In this document: piece by piece, positions 62,262-64,000 of the stretch
Position numbering within the stretch: the stretch's first letter is position 1
How the letters are laid out: every line of letters begins with the position of its first letter
Source: Solirubrobacteraceae bacterium
Lineage (GTDB): Bacteria > Actinomycetota > Thermoleophilia > Solirubrobacterales > Solirubrobacteraceae
Direction: 5' to 3'
Length of the DNA stretch: 64,000 nt
Assembly (NCBI GenBank): GCA_030681525.1
Contig: JAUXSD010000344.1
Coordinates: forward strand, 1,342 to 65,341
Translations under genes and position numbers: made by a program
The notes under the pieces: model-generated
Seen by the model: only the letters and a program-made list of their open reading frames with translations
Told to the model about the DNA's origin: nothing
The model's database searches: none

Positions 62262-62377
62262 CCCCCCGGGGTCCGCTCCTGCCGGGGCGGCGGACCAGCG
62301 GTGTGTCGAATGCTTCGCGCCCAGCGCGAACGATTCGACACACCACCCGCCGCAACCGAACCGACCTGGTGCACGGC

Positions 62378-62839
62378 ATGACCTCTCGCCTGACCGAAGA
62401 CTTCCTCCGAGACGACGCGGGCTCACCGCTCGGCCCCGGCATGCCGAGCGGTGCGCCGCTGCGCGCCGACGGCCAGTCGCACTACGACGCCTGGCAGGCG
62501 CTGCTGCGGCGCGATCCCTGCTCGTACTGCGGGGCGATCGGCGCCGCGGGCACGGTCGACCACGTCGACCCGCGCTCGCGCGGCGCGCGCGGCCTGGGCA
62601 CCGTGCACGGCTGGATCAACATCGCCGGCGCGTGCTCGCGCTGCAACGGGTCCAAGCGCGACCTCGAGCTGCTCGTGTTCCTCTATCGCCGTCGCTGGCA
62701 GGGCCACGCCGCCCGCCCCGGCGAGCCCGCGCGCGCGCCGCGGCGCAGCGTGCGCCGGTGGCCCCATGAGGCCACCGCCCACCTGCGGGTGGGGCGGGCC
62801 GGCCGCCGCGCGCGCGTCGATACGGTGACGCCACCGTGA
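62378..62839 (+). CDS. HNH endonuclease (start ATG 62378 or 62441)
   Basis: CSYCG...VDHVDPRSRG...HGWINIAGACSRCNGSKRD (Cys4/HNH pattern). Confidence 0.75.
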   Translation: MTSRLTEDFLRDDAGSPLGPGMPSGAPLRADGQSHYDAWQALLRRDPCSYCGAIGAAGTVDHVDPRSRGARGLGTVHGWINIAGACSRCNGSKRDLELLVFLYRRRWQGHAARPGEPARAPRRSVRRWPHEATAHLRVGRAGRRARVDTVTPP

Positions 62840-63618
62840 CCGGATCGATCCACAGCCGCGAGGCAGACGACGAGCGCGCCAGGCAGGTCGCCGAAGGCGG
62901 GCTGATCCTGCGCGGTCTGGTCGGATCGACCGTGCACGGGCTGGCGAACCCCGGCACGGACGACCGCGACGAGATGGGCGTCTGCATCGAGCCGCCCGCC
63001 TACGTCATCGGGCTGCGCGGGTTCGAGCACTACGTCTCGCGCACGCAGCCCGAGGGCGTCCCGTCCGGTCCCGGTGACCTCGACCTGACGATCTACGGCC
63101 TGCGCAAGTTCTGCCGTCTCGCGCTGAAGGGGAGCCCGACGGTGCTGCTGCTGTTCTTCGTCGAGGGTGAGCATGTGCTGACGCGAACGCCGACGGGCCA
63201 GCGGCTGCAGCAACTCGCGCCGGCGTTTCTCTCCCAGCGCACGGGGCGGGCGTTTCTCGGCTACCTCGAGGCGCAGCGGCGCAGCCTGCTCGGCGAGCGT
63301 CACGCGACGCGCACCCGCGAGCTGTCGGCGCAGCACGGCTACGACACGAAGTACGCGATGCACGCGCTGCGGATCGGCGTGCAGGGCATCGAGCTGCTGC
63401 GGACGGGTCGCATCACGCTGCCGGTGCCCGAGCCCGATCGCGACCGCCTGCGCGCTGTCCGCGCCGGCGACGTGCCGCTGGGCGACGTGATCGAGCAGCT
63501 CGACGACGTGACGGCACGCCTCGAGCAGCTCACCGCCGAAAGCGGGCTGCCCGCGTTCGCGGACGCCGAGCGGGTCGACCGCTTTCTCGTCGATGCCTAT
63601 CGCGAGGCCTGGGACTGA
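62836..63618 (+). CDS. Minimal Pol-beta-fold nucleotidyltransferase (YcgL/PF10127-like)
   Basis: GS-x-DxD pattern LVGSTVHGLANPGTDDRDEMGV, followed by a helical domain (YDTKYAMHALRIGVQGIELL). The GTG overlaps the HNH stop (GTGA). Confidence 0.65.
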   Translation: MTGSIHSREADDERARQVAEGGLILRGLVGSTVHGLANPGTDDRDEMGVCIEPPAYVIGLRGFEHYVSRTQPEGVPSGPGDLDLTIYGLRKFCRLALKGSPTVLLLFFVEGEHVLTRTPTGQRLQQLAPAFLSQRTGRAFLGYLEAQRRSLLGERHATRTRELSAQHGYDTKYAMHALRIGVQGIELLRTGRITLPVPEPDRDRLRAVRAGDVPLGDVIEQLDDVTARLEQLTAESGLPAFADAERVDRFLVDAYREAWD

Positions 63619-63653
63619 CCTACACGTTCGCGTCAGGCCGTGATTCGCCAGCC

Positions 63654-64000
63654 CTATCCCGGTGAGCTCCCCGCGGGCAGGCCGGCGCGCACGTACCCGG
63701 CGATCGCGCTCGCGGTGGCCGGCCGCAGGTCCGAGAACGTCCAGCGCTTGCCGCCGAACTTCGGCTCGACGCTCAGCCGCGCGCGCGTGCGGCGCGGCCA
63801 GACGAGCGACTGCTGCGCCCGGGCCGTGTCGCGAAACCGCAGCGAGCGGACGCGGTTGCCGACCGCGTCGTCGAGCAGCCACAGCAGGCGGCGGTCGGTG
63901 ACCGCCAGCAGCGTGCTGGGGCTGGCCCACGTCGCGGTCGGGGTGACGAGCGCGACGGGCTCGTCGGACTCGAGCGCCTCGAGCAGCTCGCGGCCGAGCG
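63654..64000 (-). CDS. Partial CDS (C-terminal 115 codons), bacterial PH-like pattern; N-terminus outside the window
   Basis: Open frame with G/C-ending codons running into the window edge: ...LLAVTDRRLLWLLDDAVGNRVRSLRF...KRWTFSDL... then TAG at 63654-63656. Not in the ORF track because its start lies outside the window. Confidence 0.5.
   Translation of the reverse strand, partial: LGRELLEALESDEPVALVTPTATWASPSTLLAVTDRRLLWLLDDAVGNRVRSLRFRDTARAQQSLVWPRRTRARLSVEPKFGGKRWTFSDLRPATASAIAGYVRAGLPAGSSPG

Noticed and set aside
57813-64000. Integrated mobile element or prophage remnant explaining the HNH/HEAR/NTase genes.
   Set aside because: There is no integrase, transposase, terminal inverted repeat or flanking direct repeat that I could find, and G+C and codon usage look native. 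The possibility stays open only through the tRNA-like sequence, which I report separately.

Overview
This is a 64-kb, very G+C-rich, densely coding chromosomal segment. Its gene order (prfA-prmC-tsaC ... wecA ... atpI-like/BEFHAGDC; comF-hpf-secA; NDP-sugar genes next to ahcY) matches the classic actinobacterial core arrangement; that is an inference from synteny, and the taxon cannot be fixed by eye. I can support about 60 protein-coding genes. I found no rRNA, no canonical tRNA, no CRISPR array and no transposase or integrase. Most of the content is housekeeping or envelope biology: RF1 and its methylase, F1Fo ATP synthase, SecA, CorA, a K+/H+ antiporter, a CDF exporter, a translationally coupled GT4/AsnB/sugar-transferase/DUF354 cassette, WecA, two LCP ligases, Ugd, NDP-sugar enzymes and an MMPL transporter. 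The best candidate for something undescribed is 57.8-64 kb. There an RtcB RNA ligase lacks every canonical partner (RtcA, RtcR, archease, Ro60). It is preceded by an 81-nt tRNA-like leader with two T-loop motifs and is tightly linked to an unknown 114-aa ORF. Nearby are a NYN/YacP-like RNase and a divergent operon encoding a HEAR-repeat/coiled-coil protein, an HNH nuclease and a minimal nucleotidyltransferase. Other items worth a second look: an 81-bp low-GC mosaic patch inside ugd; two genes (asnB-like, ctaG) whose conserved N-termini lie upstream of any canonical start and point to ATC initiation; a perfect 2 x 29-bp tandem duplication in front of a merR-ahcY-ahcY2 unit; tandem long-form and short-form adenosylhomocysteinase paralogues; a 128-nt nested hairpin between hpf and secA; a related pair of palindromic hairpins in convergent spacers, one inside a 618-bp noncoding gap; and an ECF sigma fused to its own zinc anti-sigma domain. 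All calls come from reading the translations and sequence by eye with hand folding. No searches were run, start codons are approximate, and functional names are family-level.
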